Assembly: GCF_009914755.1 (NCBI RefSeq) | Contig: NC_060929.1 | Strand: one strand, 5' to 3' | Origin: the human T2T-CHM13v2.0 reference genome, Homo sapiens | Length of the DNA: 64,000 nt | Part shown: piece by piece, positions 14,656 through 32,344 of the stretch | How positions within the stretch are numbered: the stretch's first letter is position 1 | How the letters are laid out: the number at the start of each line of letters is the position of its first letter | Program-made: the position numbers and the translations under genes | The notes under the pieces: generated by a model | The model's database searches: none | What the model was told of the DNA's origin: nothing | What the model saw: only the letters and a program-made list of their open reading frames with translations

Positions 14656-14883
14656 CTGAATGTTATATAGGGGTTGCCTCGGCGCATTAACTTCCCTCAG
14701 CAGACGACCAGATATGTCCCTTAGCTCTAAAAGTCTGCATGCAAGCTGAGGATGCAGAAGTTTGGCCACTGATTTGGAGGATCTGGATATGCTGTTTAAT
14801 CCACGAATTAATGTTGCTCGATTAATCTTAGCTAAAGCAATAGCCATCCTGATTTTGGATGTTTTCTGCGCAGGTTCTCTTTT
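14656..14883 (-). CDS. SPATA9: SPATA9 coding exon 3 ([28 protein letters not shown]...RQPLYNIQ)
   Basis: Acceptor tatttttcAG, donor CAG|GTAAGG. 228 nt, phase 0-0. Overlaps ORF-track entry 14617..14847. Confidence 0.95.
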
Positions 14884-14960
14884 CTGAAAAATAGGCCTTT
14901 GAAAAGTAACTGATGTGTAATCTCCAGTGCATTATTAAAACTACTTCCGGCAGAGACTGA

Positions 14961-15363
<403 letters not shown>

Positions 15364-15491
15364 CTTTAAATCTTTATATATGTATATTTTTTTCCCTGGG
15401 ATAAATATCAAGAATTGAAGTAACCAGCCAAAAGATACAAATGTTTCATTTTCCTCCTAGATTTACATATTTTGTGTACTGAATTTTTACT

Positions 15492-15626
15492 TAAAAAATT
15501 ATTTTTTAATTTAAATAGGTTTTTGGGGAACAGCTGGTATTTGATTACATGAATACGTCCTTTTGTGGTAATTTCTTAGATTTTGCTGCACCCATCACCC
15601 GAGCAGTGTACACTGTACCAAATGCA
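15492..15626 (-). mobile_element. Short 5'-truncated L1PB-like 3' end
   Basis: gcacccatcacccgagcagtgtacactgtacc, flanked by TSD actgaattttta. Confidence 0.7.
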
Positions 15627-15849
15627 CACTGAATTTTTAAAGAGCTATTAAGTAAACAAGAATTCTTCTTAACTGATTTCTCCATTTGAGCTCTACTCTT
15701 TAAATATATATCTTGCTTTTCTTTTTTTATTTTCTTCTTGCTACAGCCATGCCCATTTCTTTGTCATAGGCAATTATAATGCTGAACTTTACTCTTCTAT
15801 ATCTGTCAAACTAGCCTGTCAGAAAATCTTACTAAATTCTTTCTCTACC

Positions 15850-16590
15850 TTGTCCCAGAATTTGACCACTTCTCATTACCCCCAGTACAGCACCCAGTCT
15901 ATTATATTTGAATTCTACCATCATCTATTTTCCAGATTAGTGAATTTGCCTCCTAAGTGGTTTCTCTGCTTCCACCTTTGCCTATTTTCATTCTGTTCAT
16001 CAATACACCAGCCAGAGAGATCTAATCAAAACTTATGTCAGATCATATTTTCCTTCTATTCAACTGCTTCAGTGGCTTCCAGTTGCTCTCAGTGTAAAAG
16101 CCAAAGTACATACTGTGGTCCACAAGGCCCTACAAAGGTTGTCTTTTCTTCACCTGTTCAGCCTCATCTTTTTCTCTTTCCTTCCCTTCCCTAAAAACTT
16201 GTCGAAGTTTTTAGGTGTCTGGGATTTTGCACTAGCTATGCCATTTGATTCCTCAAGCATCCCAAAGTTCACTCCCTCACTTCCTTCACATCTTCATTCA
16301 AGAATCACTTTCTCACTAAGACCTTCTTGGTCACTCTACCAAAATCATCAGTTGTGCTCTCTATCTCTGCACCTCGATTTTGCATCCCTTCTCTGCTATA
16401 GTTTTTCTTCTCCTTAACACTTACACTAATGTACTATATTGTTTATTTTCCTTGTTCATTGTTTTTTACTTGACTGGAGTATAAATTGTAAGTGTTTTAT
16501 ATCCATTTAGCTTGCTTCTTTTTCTCCAGAGCCAAAGTAGTGTCTGGCATGTAATACGCACTCTATCTTTGTCAGAATGAATGATTGAAG
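15850..16590 (+). mobile_element. L2 fragment
   Basis: cagccagagagatct...tcagatcat, ending in tagtgtctggcatgtaa...gaatgaatga. Confidence 0.6.
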
Positions 16591-17337
16591 AGTATCAGAA
16601 AATAAAACAAATTAATCTTGAGAAACATCAAAAAAATACCAAATATTACATTAGAAACCACACAGAAAGTTTTCAGTGCACAGTTCTATAACTTTCACAA
16701 TAATGATAATTCTCCACAAGAAACAACTCACCAAAGACAAAAATATAATTGAATTAGCATTCTAGTGACAGTCATAGTCTCATTACTTTCAGAAACCTAA
16801 ATGCCATTACAGGTAATTTCCAAACATCATTGGTGCCTTCTTAGCAGTTTTTTTTCACACATTAACAATAACCAACAACAACAAAAAAGCATAGAGAATT
16901 CAGAAAAGTACATCTAAGGGCATAAAACTCCAAAATTTTTGGCATGGATTCTCATATGTCCTGTCTACAACTTCTATTTTGTAGTATATATGGTTAAGTA
17001 CAAGATAACAGAAAAAAGATATATTCATCTTTCATATTTAAAAACTCACAAAAATTGACTGTATTTATCCTAAAATATTTTTCTCTTATTCCAAGAATGA
17101 GCATCTAAATTAAAATTTTTTAGATACCCAATTGTAGTACATAATTTAAAGGTTTACTACTTTAAATTCATCATATGGAAATCTTTTGAAATTTGCAAGT
17201 GTAAACCTTTAAAAATTACTCTTTACTAAGGAAGTAGATACTAAGGCTATTATCTGGGCTGGTTGGGACAGAAGGGTTGGAAAGAACTGAACCCCAGAAG
17301 CCATCATCTCAAGCCAAGATTCTAAAATTAACTTTCT

Positions 17338-17645
17338 GGCCAGGCACCATGGCTTACGCCTGTAATCCCAGCACTTTGGGAGGCCAAGGCGGGCAGATCA
17401 CTTGGGGTCAGGAGTTTGAGACCAGCCTGGCCAACCTGGTGAAACCCCATCTCTACTAAAAATACAAAAATTAATCCAGCATGGTGGCAGGCACCTGTAA
17501 TCCCAGCTATTTGGGAGGCTCAGGCAGGAGAATAGCTTGAACCCAGGAGGCAGAGGTCGCAGTGAGTGGAGATTGCGCTATTGCCCTTCATCCTGGGCGA
17601 CAGAGCGAGACTCCATCTCAAAAAAATAAGTAAAATAAAATAAAA
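17338..17645 (+). mobile_element. AluS
   Basis: Full dimer with TSD taactttc. Confidence 0.95.
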
Positions 17646-19086
17646 GTAACTTTCCTAGCCTCAAAAAGAAGATTTCCTTCAAAATCTATCCAGGAAGAAC
17701 GATTTAGTAATCATTATTCTGGTTGTATTCTAGGTATATTCCTCTATAAAAATTCCATTGTCACTCCCATCAAATCTTTTTTTGTTCTAGGCCAGCAAGA
17801 TGGCCTTTTCGTAAATAAATACATGCCTGGGTGGCGCGGGGGAGGGGAGGAAGATTTAAATACTAATCACAAAATTTAGAATTTTAAGATACAACCCAAT
17901 TAATAAAGCCCTCTAAGAATTTTTAAGACCATTCCTTTCACTGTTTGGGAAGTATGGATCATCCTGGAAATAAAAAAAATTTGCCGCACTTACAATCTAA
18001 CCTTTTAAAAATAATCTGCTTAACAACGGAGTATTAGTAATGTTTTCCACATAATTTATATTTGAAGGGTAAATAACTTCAAACATGTGATAATATCCCC
18101 TAACTACTCAAGTTTCTTGCCAATCTCAGCAACACATTCTTCAAAGGAAATAGTGGGAAAACAGCAATATTAAGTGTTTTGAAAATGAGAAATAAAGTAA
18201 CTAATTATGTTCCTATTTGAGTTGGGTAAAGTTCTATCAGGAAATTACTTCAATTAGTTGGAAATAGGAACTCACAGCTTTATCTTTGGGGATCACAATA
18301 TTCAACTGATGTCACCATAAACCATGCTTATGGTTCTAATGATAATGAGGCTATTCAGAAGGTAGAAATGAATGAATGAAGTTGCCATTTCTTTTATTAA
18401 ATAAAACCCCAGTTTCTCTGATTTCAGCAATGGTGGGAGAATCAAAACTTGAAAACGATAACAAGGTTTTCCATGCCTGTCTCTGGCTTCCTAGGATTCA
18501 CCCTGAGCCTTCTAAACAATTACTACTGTGCTGGCCTGAGCTATTTGACATTGACCAGGCATGTACATCTGCCCATCTCTTTCCTTCCTACTCCAGAGCA
18601 TAGCCAAAATAGTTTCCAGTGTTTCAAAAGACTTTATACCAAGGCTAGGGGAATGCAAAAAGGGGGAGCAACTGGATGCCAAGGCTAAGATACAGCATTA
18701 GAAAACCCAGTTTGCCCTCAGAAACTCTTAAGCCTTACCTCTCATGCTTAGCTGATCTGACCAGCACTTGGATGCCATGTTACTACTGTGCCTGCAGATT
18801 CCTACACTTTAGTATCACCCCTCCTCAAACACTAGACCCAAGAGAGGGCCGGCCAAAGGCAGAAAGCAGTTGCTTCCCCTGACACTAAGGCCAACCTTCC
18901 AAGTTCTGGTGTCCTGTATCCAATATGACCGCCTCTTCCTATGATGACTGATACTGGGAATGTCCACTTCCCCCAGGGCTATTATCTTACAGGCTAAATC
19001 AGTATTGTCTTCTATTATACCATCTAGGAGTCCATTCTACAAGTCCCAGAACTCTACTATAGCTAAGGGAGTTCAGTAGGTCCTGA

Positions 19087-19440
<354 letters not shown>

Positions 19441-19689
19441 CAGTTAACGTATTTTTAGAAATGTATAGGCTCAGTAATTTGAATCAACTGCATATATAAC
19501 AATTACCTTCTATTCAGAACAGAACATTATTTTTGCTAAATAAGAGTTTAAGTCACAGCAACCATTATTGGTGAATGAGGGGTTCCACGTAAGTAAATTT
19601 TCTGGGTAACTAAAATTTTTTCCACTTAGTGTTGGCTAAATTTTTACTGACATGCAAAATAACTTTAAAAAATGTATCCCATACTTGAC

Positions 19690-20910
19690 ATCTTTGAGGA
19701 TTCTGACTGCTGCTAATTCCTCTCTCCTTTTTCTCTCCACTTCAATGGCTTTCATAGAATTTCATTCTCTTCATTCTCTTCTTTTCTCTGATGCCCTGCT
19801 AACCCTTTAAACAATGGCATTGTCGGGGGTTCTATCCTATGCCCTAATATTACTACACAATCTTCTTGAGCAGTGATGATTGCCATTTTGGTTTAAATGT
19901 ACACTACAGTTAGTTAAAGACATGGTTTAACTATACACTATAACAACACACTATACACTGATGATTCCCAAATATACATCTTCAGCCGGGCTTCTCTTGA
20001 GCTTCCAACCTACATATGCAATTTATAACTCAACTCCAAGGCTTGGACAGGATGTGGCATGACCCCTTAAACTGTGATCCAATCAAACTCATTATCTCCA
20101 AAGCTGCTCTTCCTCATCTTGTCTTTGGTCCTAGTTAACGGGATCACTATTCTTCTAGCCACCCACGAAATCCAGAATCTTCCTCAACCTTTACACATTA
20201 TCTCTCATCCCACACTGTCAGTTTCAAAGTATGCTAAATATCTCTTGTGCTCAACCCATTCTATTTCCAATGTTAATGTCCTTGTTCTTAGCTGTCATTT
20301 GCAACAAAATCTTCCTAGAAGCTCTGCCTCCATTCGGATCTCATTACCACTAAAAAAGTATTTTTGTTGTGCAAACTGAATGTCATTTCCAAGCCCAAAA
20401 CCTTTCTGTGGCTGATATCTGTGTTACCTATAAGGGAAAGTCCAGTCTTTTTCACATGGCATACAAAGACCTCCACCCCGTTTTCTACTATTTCCTATCT
20501 CAACCCTTCTATCCTACATGCCTGTAATTTATATTTATTTGACATTTTGGAAACATGCTATGCTGTTTCCTACTTTTTGGCCTAACCCCCACTGCCAGTG
20601 GAATATGCTTCCCTGCCCCTACCCACTGATCCCACCCTTTTCTTTACCTTGAAAACTACTATTCATCCATTGGGACCCAACTTAAAAGCATGCTTCCTCC
20701 ATGAAGCCTTCTTTGACCTTCCTCAGTAGAGTCATTCACTCCTCTAAATTACATACAGAGATGTAACACTGACCATATTCTAATGCAATTACTCCTTTAC
20801 AACTCTATCTCCATTAGATTAAGCTCATTAGCGGAAAGGATCACATCGTGTTTATCTCTGTATTTCCTCTCTCCAGTCCCAAGCAATAGTGAGGTGTTTA
20901 CTAAATGTCT
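19690..20910 (+). mobile_element. L2 fragment
   Basis: gatgattcccaaatatacatcttcagcc and cctccatgaagccttct. Confidence 0.55.
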
Positions 20911-21770
20911 GATGGCTGGTTGTCTGCAGGCGTGGTTAAAGTTAGCTCTAATATCCCTCCTTTGGAATGAAATATGTATACTTTGTGATTACTGTGTTAA
21001 TCAGAGTGCTTTTTGTTAACTGCCAGGTTTTGGTTATATACCTCATGTTTGACATTGTCAAGAGTCTGACTTCTGGATAAGTGGATTGTTCCTGTACCAT
21101 GTACCTTCACAGCATATTCTATTCCAACTATGATCAAAATGACCGAACCACATTTTTCCATTAAGAGCTGTGTGCCTTTGAGTAAATTAGGTTACATGTG
21201 TTCCCTAAACAAGTTGTTACTTTTTCCTGACTTTATGTCTCTTCAAAATATATACCTCCCTCCTCCTTCACTCCCAATATTTTATCTGTTTCAAATCCTT
21301 TTTGGAACAGAGGTTTAAAAAATATACATGTATACCTTATTTAAATTGATACTACTGTTTTCTTTCCTTATTAAACACACATCCATGTTGTATTTATCTT
21401 TCCATTGTTACAATTTATCTCAAGGTTTTGCACTGATTTGACATAGATTTTTGCTAAAGTGTATCTAGGTATTTTTCTGATTTTACATTGCAATTGTAGT
21501 GTTGAGAGACTGCCAGGTGTTTACCCTAATGACATAGTTAATGTCTTTAAACTTAATTCTCAATCTACCTCACTTCTTGGTCCACAATCTCTCTGCTTCC
21601 CAAAGACCCCTCTTAATGAGTAATATTTGAAATTTGTTTTTCTGAGGCAAAATTAGTGTTTTCTAAAGTTTTGATCACTGATCTCAAAATCAAGCATTAA
21701 ATAATGGGTATGATACTAAAAATAGAATATATTTTTTCTATTCCTTTTAAAGGTTATAAAATCACATTAC

Positions 21771-21859
21771 CTGATTAGACTGTGATAATCTTAGGATGGT
21801 GGGAAATTCATCTTTAAACTCATCTACAAGGTCCATGATTGCTTTCTGGATCCCCTCGA
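21771..21859 (-). CDS. SPATA9: SPATA9 coding exon 2 ([30 protein letters not shown])
   Basis: Acceptor ttttgtcttAG, donor CAG|GTAATG. 89 nt, and 61+89=150 nt keeps the frame. Confidence 0.93.
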
Positions 21860-22036
21860 CTAAGACAAAAAGAGGTTAGGAAAAAGAAAACTTTGAAAAC
21901 ATCCCCTAAATGTTTCAAAAGAACATGAAACACTTGATCAAATTCCTAGATGACTCGGAAAGTAAAGGAACTCTAGGGGATCTTATTCCCAATTGTTCCC
22001 ACACCCATACGCCCTTTACAACAAGATTGTGTATAC

Positions 22037-22097
22037 TTCTTCCAGAAAAGTTCTTCAACACCTGCCCACATATCCACCCAACAGGTTTGATTGGCAT
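22037..22097 (-). CDS. SPATA9: SPATA9 coding exon 1 ([20 protein letters not shown] + 1 nt)
   Basis: ATG at 22097 in context accATGc. The translation matches the SPATA9 N-terminus as I recall it. GT donor at 22036-22035 (AA|GTATAC). 61 nt, joining exon 2 in frame. Confidence 0.92.
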
Positions 22098-22320
22098 GGT
22101 GAGTTCTTGCTTGGGTTCCTAGTCCTTAACAAGCTTGCAGGCCTGGGTAATGCTTGTCCTAGTCTGCCATTAGTGAAAGATGAGGGTAGCCTTCCACTTG
22201 GGAAAGCCAGCAAGGACAGAACTCACAGCTCACTGCTGGAATTCTTTGTTACTGTACAATAGGCTTCCGAGAACCTGCTACAGAATCTTCTGACATCACT
22301 CTGGCAGTGAGAGGAAGAGG
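22098..22320 (-). promoter_or_regulatory. SPATA9: SPATA9 5' UTR / proximal promoter with CRE-like TGACATCA at 22291-22298
   Basis: Unique CpG-poor sequence immediately upstream of the ATG, containing a CRE variant. The exact TSS cannot be read from the sequence. Confidence 0.55.
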
Positions 22321-22732
22321 AGTGTGTTTGGAGGCATAAGGGAAGGAGTGAAGGGATTGAATAATAAAGTACACTAAGGAGTTCTATGATATAAGTTGAA
22401 ATTTGTCCCAAATTCTGCAGTGATACCACAAATAATGGATCATCTGAGAACAAAAGGTCCCTTTGAAAAAAAATGGCGTGTGCTTTAAAAGAAATGCTTT
22501 ATATATGATGCCAAATAGAAAAGAAACACCAGCAGTGAATTCAGAAAGACTTCTGAATAGATTGTTTTTGCTTCACCAATGAGGATCACTAGGTCAAACT
22601 CGGGCAAAACTGTAAAGTCTTTGGTTTCTCTGCTTTATAATCTCAATCTCTTTTCTTCATCTTTTACCCTCCTAGTACCCTCACATGTCAGATGACCATT
22701 AGTTCCCCCGATCAAATATGGGAAGAACTTGA

Positions 22733-23080
<348 letters not shown>

Positions 23081-25011
23081 ACAGCCTAGTTATATTTTAG
23101 TGTGAATGAAATAGTTGGTTAACCTGAATCCCATTCTAATTTGAAGCCCTCATATTTAATTGCAGCTAGACCACTTTCTTCAGCAAGCATAAAGCCACGG
23201 CTGCTGAAAGTGTCTTCATGGGAACAGTTTGGGAAAGAGAAATCTTCATCCCAGGATTCCTCTAGCATGGGAAGCCTGAAAATCCCCAGCTCTCATGGTG
23301 TTCTTAGTCCACAATCTGCCTTAGAACACCCTCCGCCATACCACATTCACCTCTCCTAACCAAAATAGAACCTGCTTGCCTCTCATGACTCTCATGGTTA
23401 AGATAACTATGCCCTTAACATTTGGAAAGTGCAATCCATCGGTACAAAGAAAATCATACTAGACAATGATGAATACACACGCTGGGAGTCTATGAGATAA
23501 TGAAATACTTTATCTGTCCTAGCAAGATAGTTGGTCATCAGCGTCCACTGCAGATGAACACCTGGCAGATCCTTCTCTTTCTGGTCTTCCTCCCTGTTCT
23601 CCATTCTCCTCCCTTCCACCATCCCCTAGTTCTTTTTATCCACTGATTCCAATGTCATTGCCCAACTGGTTTTACCCAATTTTCTTCTCTTTTCATCAGT
23701 CCTCTCCCTCCTAGGCATCCTATAAAATTAACAAAACTAGAGGAAAAGCATTTCTCAGGCTAATGTTTACTGCACTTAAAGCATAAGCAACTCTTTGTGT
23801 TTGCTAACAACGTCCTTTTTGTCTTTTCTTACTTAAGAGCCCTCTCCCCAGAAGTAGAGTGGTGAAAAATGACAGACGGTGATGGAGTAAGAAAATCTCA
23901 CCCTGCAGCACTTACATTATGACCTTATAATATTTTGGTTTGTGTTTAATTATCTTCTTATGCCAATAATCTTATGCATCTTATGTTATTTCAGATAATA
24001 AACTTAGACAAAAGAACCCACAATGTCTGTTTTTTTCTTGTTAATTCTTCATTATGTTATTCTTTAGAGTTCATAATAGAGTACCCCATAATTATAAAAT
24101 AAACTAGGAAACAATTAAAAATATCTCCAAATAATTTTTATGACAGCTGTACAGATTTATCTGTACTTAAAAGGCTTTAATACAGAAGAACAGAACTTTT
24201 GTTTTGCACACAGCTTTGAAGAAAATGAACATTTTACATAATCACATATAGACAGTATAAACTTAGTGATAGAAATATAGAAATCTGGGGGTCAGTCAGA
24301 CCTGGGTTTGAGTTTCAATTCTATCACTTACCAGGCTTTGCCGTGGGCAAATTACATAAGTTCTATAAGCCTCTTACCTTTTAAAAAGGAAACAATACTT
24401 GATGAACATTAAATACCCAATAAGTGGCAGGTTTCATTAAATATGCACTGACCTTTTGGTTTTGGAAATTTTGCAAAACTTGGGTAAAAGTCAATGCTGG
24501 GCTTGCCCGATTCACCTGGGCTTCAGCATTTTGATTTGCACCAAACTGGCTAGAACCCTAACAACCTTCCTAATTGGATCCTTCCCTCAAACCTACTTCA
24601 AATTCAACAGAGATGAAGTCATACTCCTCACTTCATGTATTACCTACCAATCCTCAAAACCTATCTGCCATGTGAGACTTCTTTAAGAATTGTTGTTGGC
24701 CTTAGATCAAGGATTTGGACTCGAAGTAACCTCCTTTGGATGTCAACCCAATAAACAGATCAGTTCTGTTGGTCCCAGTACTATGTCCTCCAGCTCACAG
24801 TGTGCTTTGTGACTATGCACATCTAAATGAGTGGCAAATGTTTAAAAACGTCAAAGTAATTTTAAAACTTATTATCTGGAGGAAGAGAACTGATATAGAT
24901 TAAAGTCCAACTAAGTACTAGTAACTGTGCTAGGGGCTAAGTTAACATCATTTATCTTTTTTAATTCACTTAACAATCCTATGAATTAGGAATGTTTTGA
25001 ACACAATCTAA

Positions 25012-25380
<369 letters not shown>

Positions 25381-27160
25381 AATAGTAGTTTTTATAATGA
25401 TAGTTGTGTCATTATATGATATATGCAGGGCTATTCTGAATAGTATAGAATGGAAATAATTCAGATACCCAACATTCATTAAATGGTTGCTACCTCAAGA
25501 CTATGGAAAAGTTTCTGTTCATTACGTTTGTAAGATGTGGATTCTATATTTAACTATGTAGGTAAAACTAATTTACAAAAAATTATGTAAAACAATATAG
25601 TTTATAACCATCCAAAATTATATGTACACAAATGAGACTTAGAAAGGAATCTAGTAGTAAAAAGCCCCCAAAACCTCCAAGTTAAAAAAAAAACTAGGAA
25701 ATATTATTTCCATAGGATTGTTCACTTACGTCTAATTAATTAAATAACAAGTTTATGACATGAATTGAAAGTATGATTGTGTATCACCTTGCTTAGAGAC
25801 TAGTGAAAAGTTTTATATAAATCAATCGAGCGTGCAGAAGAAGTCTCAACATCTACTATTGAAGACTCAAACAGGTCCTGATGTTGGAGAACTGATGGGG
25901 CAACCTGATGAAATCCTACATGCATGAGACTGCAGGACCCTCCTGGGGGTGTAACTCAGATTCAGTGAGGCATCCCACTCTGAAAAATCCAATCTGGTAG
26001 CAATGCCTTAATAATCAGAGGAGAGATGTGATTCTGAGCACAGCCTGGGGTATGTCCCTCAGAGCTATCCTTTATCTCACATTCCACAGGGATTAGGAGT
26101 AGATGGGAGGAAAAGATAAGCCTTAAGTAGTCTTCCTAAACTTTCTAAGGCAGTGGACACAAGTTAGCTATACAGCTAGGGTATTCCTTTCACGGACAGC
26201 AAAACAAAAAAGGGAAAAGAGGCATTCTCTCGGACTTTGCCAAAGATCTCTGGCTCTTTGAAAGTGTTGCTACATCAGTAGTGGTACCTATTGTGTCCAG
26301 AAAATAGCCAAAACCAAAGCAGATCCCAAAGGAAACATGAAGGTATTCATAGAAATAATTAAAAGGGCCAAGCAGATGCCACTTGCCAGGCTGCTTACCA
26401 GATTTGTTCCTGATAATTAGACACCCCATGGGAATTCCCAAAAATACTTAGGAGACAGCAGATTCAGGCCTTTGTAGAGACTTGAAGTTTTGCAGATGGG
26501 GCAAAACCAGTGAAATCCAGGTTATCATTATTCTTGTGATCCCACTTTCAATCATAGGTTGGCCAAGCTTGGGAAATCCTGGGTCACAAGAGAAAATGTA
26601 TAGACCTTCTCATTCTAATAAGAATTTGAAGCCTTTTGTGTGTAAATAGGAAATTTGTAAGTTGAATCATTTAAAATGTATTAGGGGAGTGTATTCTTTA
26701 AAAATAGCCCTAAATAAAATTCTCCTGTAAGGCAAATAATCATTTTAATAGCAAAAATAAATGCCGGCTACATAGCTCACAAATATGTTTCAAAACAGAT
26801 ATATTGATAACATTTTGATTCTTCTTAAAAATTCTTTAATTACCATATTTTACAATTCCAGTTGGGTACCATTAATAAGGAGCAGGCAATGGGAAAGACT
26901 AATGGATGTCTTCAAATAGTTATGGTAAAGTAACAGGCTATATAGAAGAGAGAATCGGCAACATTAGCATTGTTACCCAGGTTTGGGAGTTGCTGAGAGT
27001 TGGTTAGATGGTAGGAAGCAAAAATGGCCAGATTTATTTGTTGTCTGTTTCCCCTATCAGATTATAAGTTCCCTGAGTTCTGGGTCTTTGTTTTGTTCGA
27101 GGGTGTATTCCCAATACCTAGACAGTGCTTTTACATGATAGGCACTCAATAAATCTTTCC

Positions 27161-28130
27161 AGATGTTGGTGAGAATGCAGAGAAAATGGAACATTTATAT
27201 ATGGTTGGTGGTAATGTAAATTAGTACAACTTCTATGGACAACAGTATGGAGATTTTGCAAAGAACTAAAAATAGAACTACTACTCGATCTGGCAATCCC
27301 ACTACCATGTGTCCACCCAAAGAAAAAGAAATTATTATATCAGAAAGATACCTGCATTCTTACATTCATTGCAGCACTTTTTACAATAGCAAAACATCAT
27401 CCTAAGTGTGCATGAATGTGTAATTGAATAAAGAAAATATGGTGTGTATATACCATAGAATACTATTCAGCCATAAAAAAGAATGAAATCTTGTCTCTTT
27501 TTTGTGAGACAGCATCTCTCTCTCACAAAGTGCAAGAGGTGCAGTGGTGCAGTGGTGTGATCAAAACTCACTGCAGCCCCAAACTCCTGGTTTCAAATGA
27601 TCTTCCCACCTTAGCCTCCTAAGTAGCTAACTACAGGCATGTGCCATCATGCCTGGCTAATTTTCTAAAATTTTTATAGAGATGGGGTCTGGCTATGTTG
27701 CTCAGGCTGGTGTTGAACTCCTGACCTCAAGCAGTCCTCCCACCTTGGTCTCCTAATATGCTTGGATTACAGGTATGACCACACCTGGCCAGAAATCATG
27801 CATTTTACGCAATGTAGATGGAACTGGAGGCCATTATATTAAGTGAAATAACTCAGAAGCAGAAAGTAAATTACTGCATGTTCTCACTTATAAGTGGGAG
27901 CTAAATAATGCATAAACATGGACATATAGAGTGGAATAATAGACACTGGAGACTCAGAAAGGTGAGAAGGTAGAAGGGGGTGAGGGATGAGAAATTACCT
28001 AATGGGTACAATGTACAATATTTGGGTAATGATTGCACTCATAGCTTAACCTTCACCACTTCACAACATATCCATATAACAAAACTGCTCTAGTACTCCC
28101 TAAATATATAAAAATAATAATTTTAAAAAC
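27161..28130 (+). mobile_element. L1MA-like 3' end interrupted by an antisense AluJ (27498-27790)
   Basis: gaatactattcagccataaaaaagaatgaaatc | Alu | gaaatcatg...ttctcacttataagtgggagcta. Confidence 0.85.
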
Positions 28131-28959
28131 CTTCCTGAATGAATATAATAAAATCTATTAGTTACATCTCAGCCAAGCTGAAAAATTTTATCATTAAAAA
28201 ATTCATTATGGAGTCAACTAACATATATGTAAATGCAAGCACCGAAGACACATAAGACACACATATAAATACACATAGACACACATGTTTTATCAAACAT
28301 TATAGAAAGAAAACTTTTTCTCCACAAAACACTGCATTTTAAAAACTGTAACCCGTTATAGTGAATACTGGCTCATGTGACACATCCCAACAACACGATA
28401 TGAGATCCATAAGACCAGAAAACAGACACAATAAGAACATTTCCCTTTCTGCTGTTTCCTGGTAAATAATACCGACTATATTAATTGGAAACAGTCCATT
28501 ATTGTATATAATTAATTGCAGACAGTCTATTATTGTACATCTCTGAGACTAGAAAATAAATGTGTAGCAGGTTTATGAGGGTAGTATTGATAAATACATG
28601 AGTAAGGTAAATGTAGATATGTAATGCAGTAGAGATCAAAAGAATATACATGTAAACAATTTCAAAATACTTATTTTTAAAAAGCAATCCCTAAAATTTT
28701 TTTAAAGCTGTATATCAAATTGGTTATATAATAACACCTAGAAAGGATTTATTTGGAGTGAATTTAAAACACAGTACAAGACATTGCAAGGACAATAAAC
28801 CAAAAAGACATGCTAAGTCTCATTCAGTCATTTTCTTGTTAGTATTAATATTGGTTTTGTTATTTGAAATTATTTTTCTTATAGTGCAGGACAAACACAT
28901 TATTGGGTTAATAATGTTAGGAATAAAAAATTTCAGTGTAAGAGAAGACCCAATTAGAA

Positions 28960-29437
28960 GACATACTTTTGCAGCCACCAAGCATATGAAAGTATGTTCA
29001 ACATCACTAATAACCAGAGAAATGCAAATCAAAAACACAATGAGGTACCAGATAAAGAAAATGTGGTATATACCCACCATGGAATACTATGCAGCCATAA
29101 AAAAGAATGAGATAATGTTTTTTTGCAGCAGCATGGATAGAGCTGAAGGCCATTATCCTAAGCAAAATAATGCAGGAACAGTAAACCAAATTTTACATGT
29201 TCTCACTTATAAGTTGGCACTAAGCAACAAGAATACATAGACACATAGAGGGGAACAACGAGACTGGGGCTTTCTTGAGGGTGAAAGTTGGAAGGAGGGA
29301 GAGGATGAGAAAAAATATTGGGTACTATGCTTAATACGTGGGTAATGAAATAATCTGTACACCAAACCCCCATGACAAGGGTTTACCTATATAGCAAACC
29401 TACACATGAACCGCTAAAATAAAAGTTAAAAAAAAGA
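28960..29437 (+). mobile_element. L1P 3' end with an internal deletion near 29050
   Basis: aaatgcaaatcaaaaacacaatgaggtacc joined directly to gataaagaaaatgtggtatata, ending aaaataaaagttaaaaaaa. Confidence 0.8.
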
Positions 29438-30220
29438 AGATCAAAGAACAATGTAAAATGCTGTAATGTTAAACAGAATTGGAAATATCATCGTAAACTC
29501 AAGATTTTTAAGAATATATTTTTCCTAGATGTACAGGCTGAAATGGCTAGAATCATGGCCAACCCAGTAGAAAAGAGCACCCTGGTATCTAAACTCTGGG
29601 CTTTAATACCATTTGTTAGTACAATGAACCAGGACTCCTAAAGAAATATGTGATACCAAGTCTGGGGCAGGATAAGCACAAGGTGAGCCAGGGAGATCTT
29701 ATGCCAAAAAGTTAGAATAATTTTGAAGATTAATGGAGTCCTTTTAAAAGGAAACTCAGGCCAGCTTGAACTGGTTCCTACTGGTCTTAGTTGTGATGAT
29801 TTGGGCTTTGCAATGGAAGAATCAGGCCATCATCATGCTAATCTAGTAGTCAATATTGACATCACTAATATGGGACAAACAGATATTATGGGTTTCCTAA
29901 TGTAATGCAATATGAAGTATGTACCATCTATGATATATTCCAGCCAAAAAATTCCAGCATGATCTAACTTTTAGATTTATCTTCCAGTTTCCCAGAAATA
30001 TAGGAGATAGATGAACAGCCTAAATAAGAGCTTCTCAAACTATAGTGAAGCCAATACTTTTATAGATTAAAAGCAAATTACCTTTTAAAAAACACATTTT
30101 TAAAAGACAAACAATATTTCTGGTTTATTTTTTAATCTATATATAGTCAAATAAAACTGTCTTTTCTTTTTAAAGCTTCTGATTTTCCTTTTAAGGAGTT
30201 TTTTTCTAGGCCCTCAGTTA

Positions 30221-32330
<2,110 letters not shown>

Positions 32331-32344
32331 TTATATCAAGGGCT

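Noticed and set aside
28758-29240. 160-aa ORF with a hydrophobic segment
   Set aside because: The C-terminal half is L1 ORF2 remnant (REMQIKNTMRY, MEYYAAIKKNE), the rest is AT-rich chance sequence, and it has a non-ATG start.
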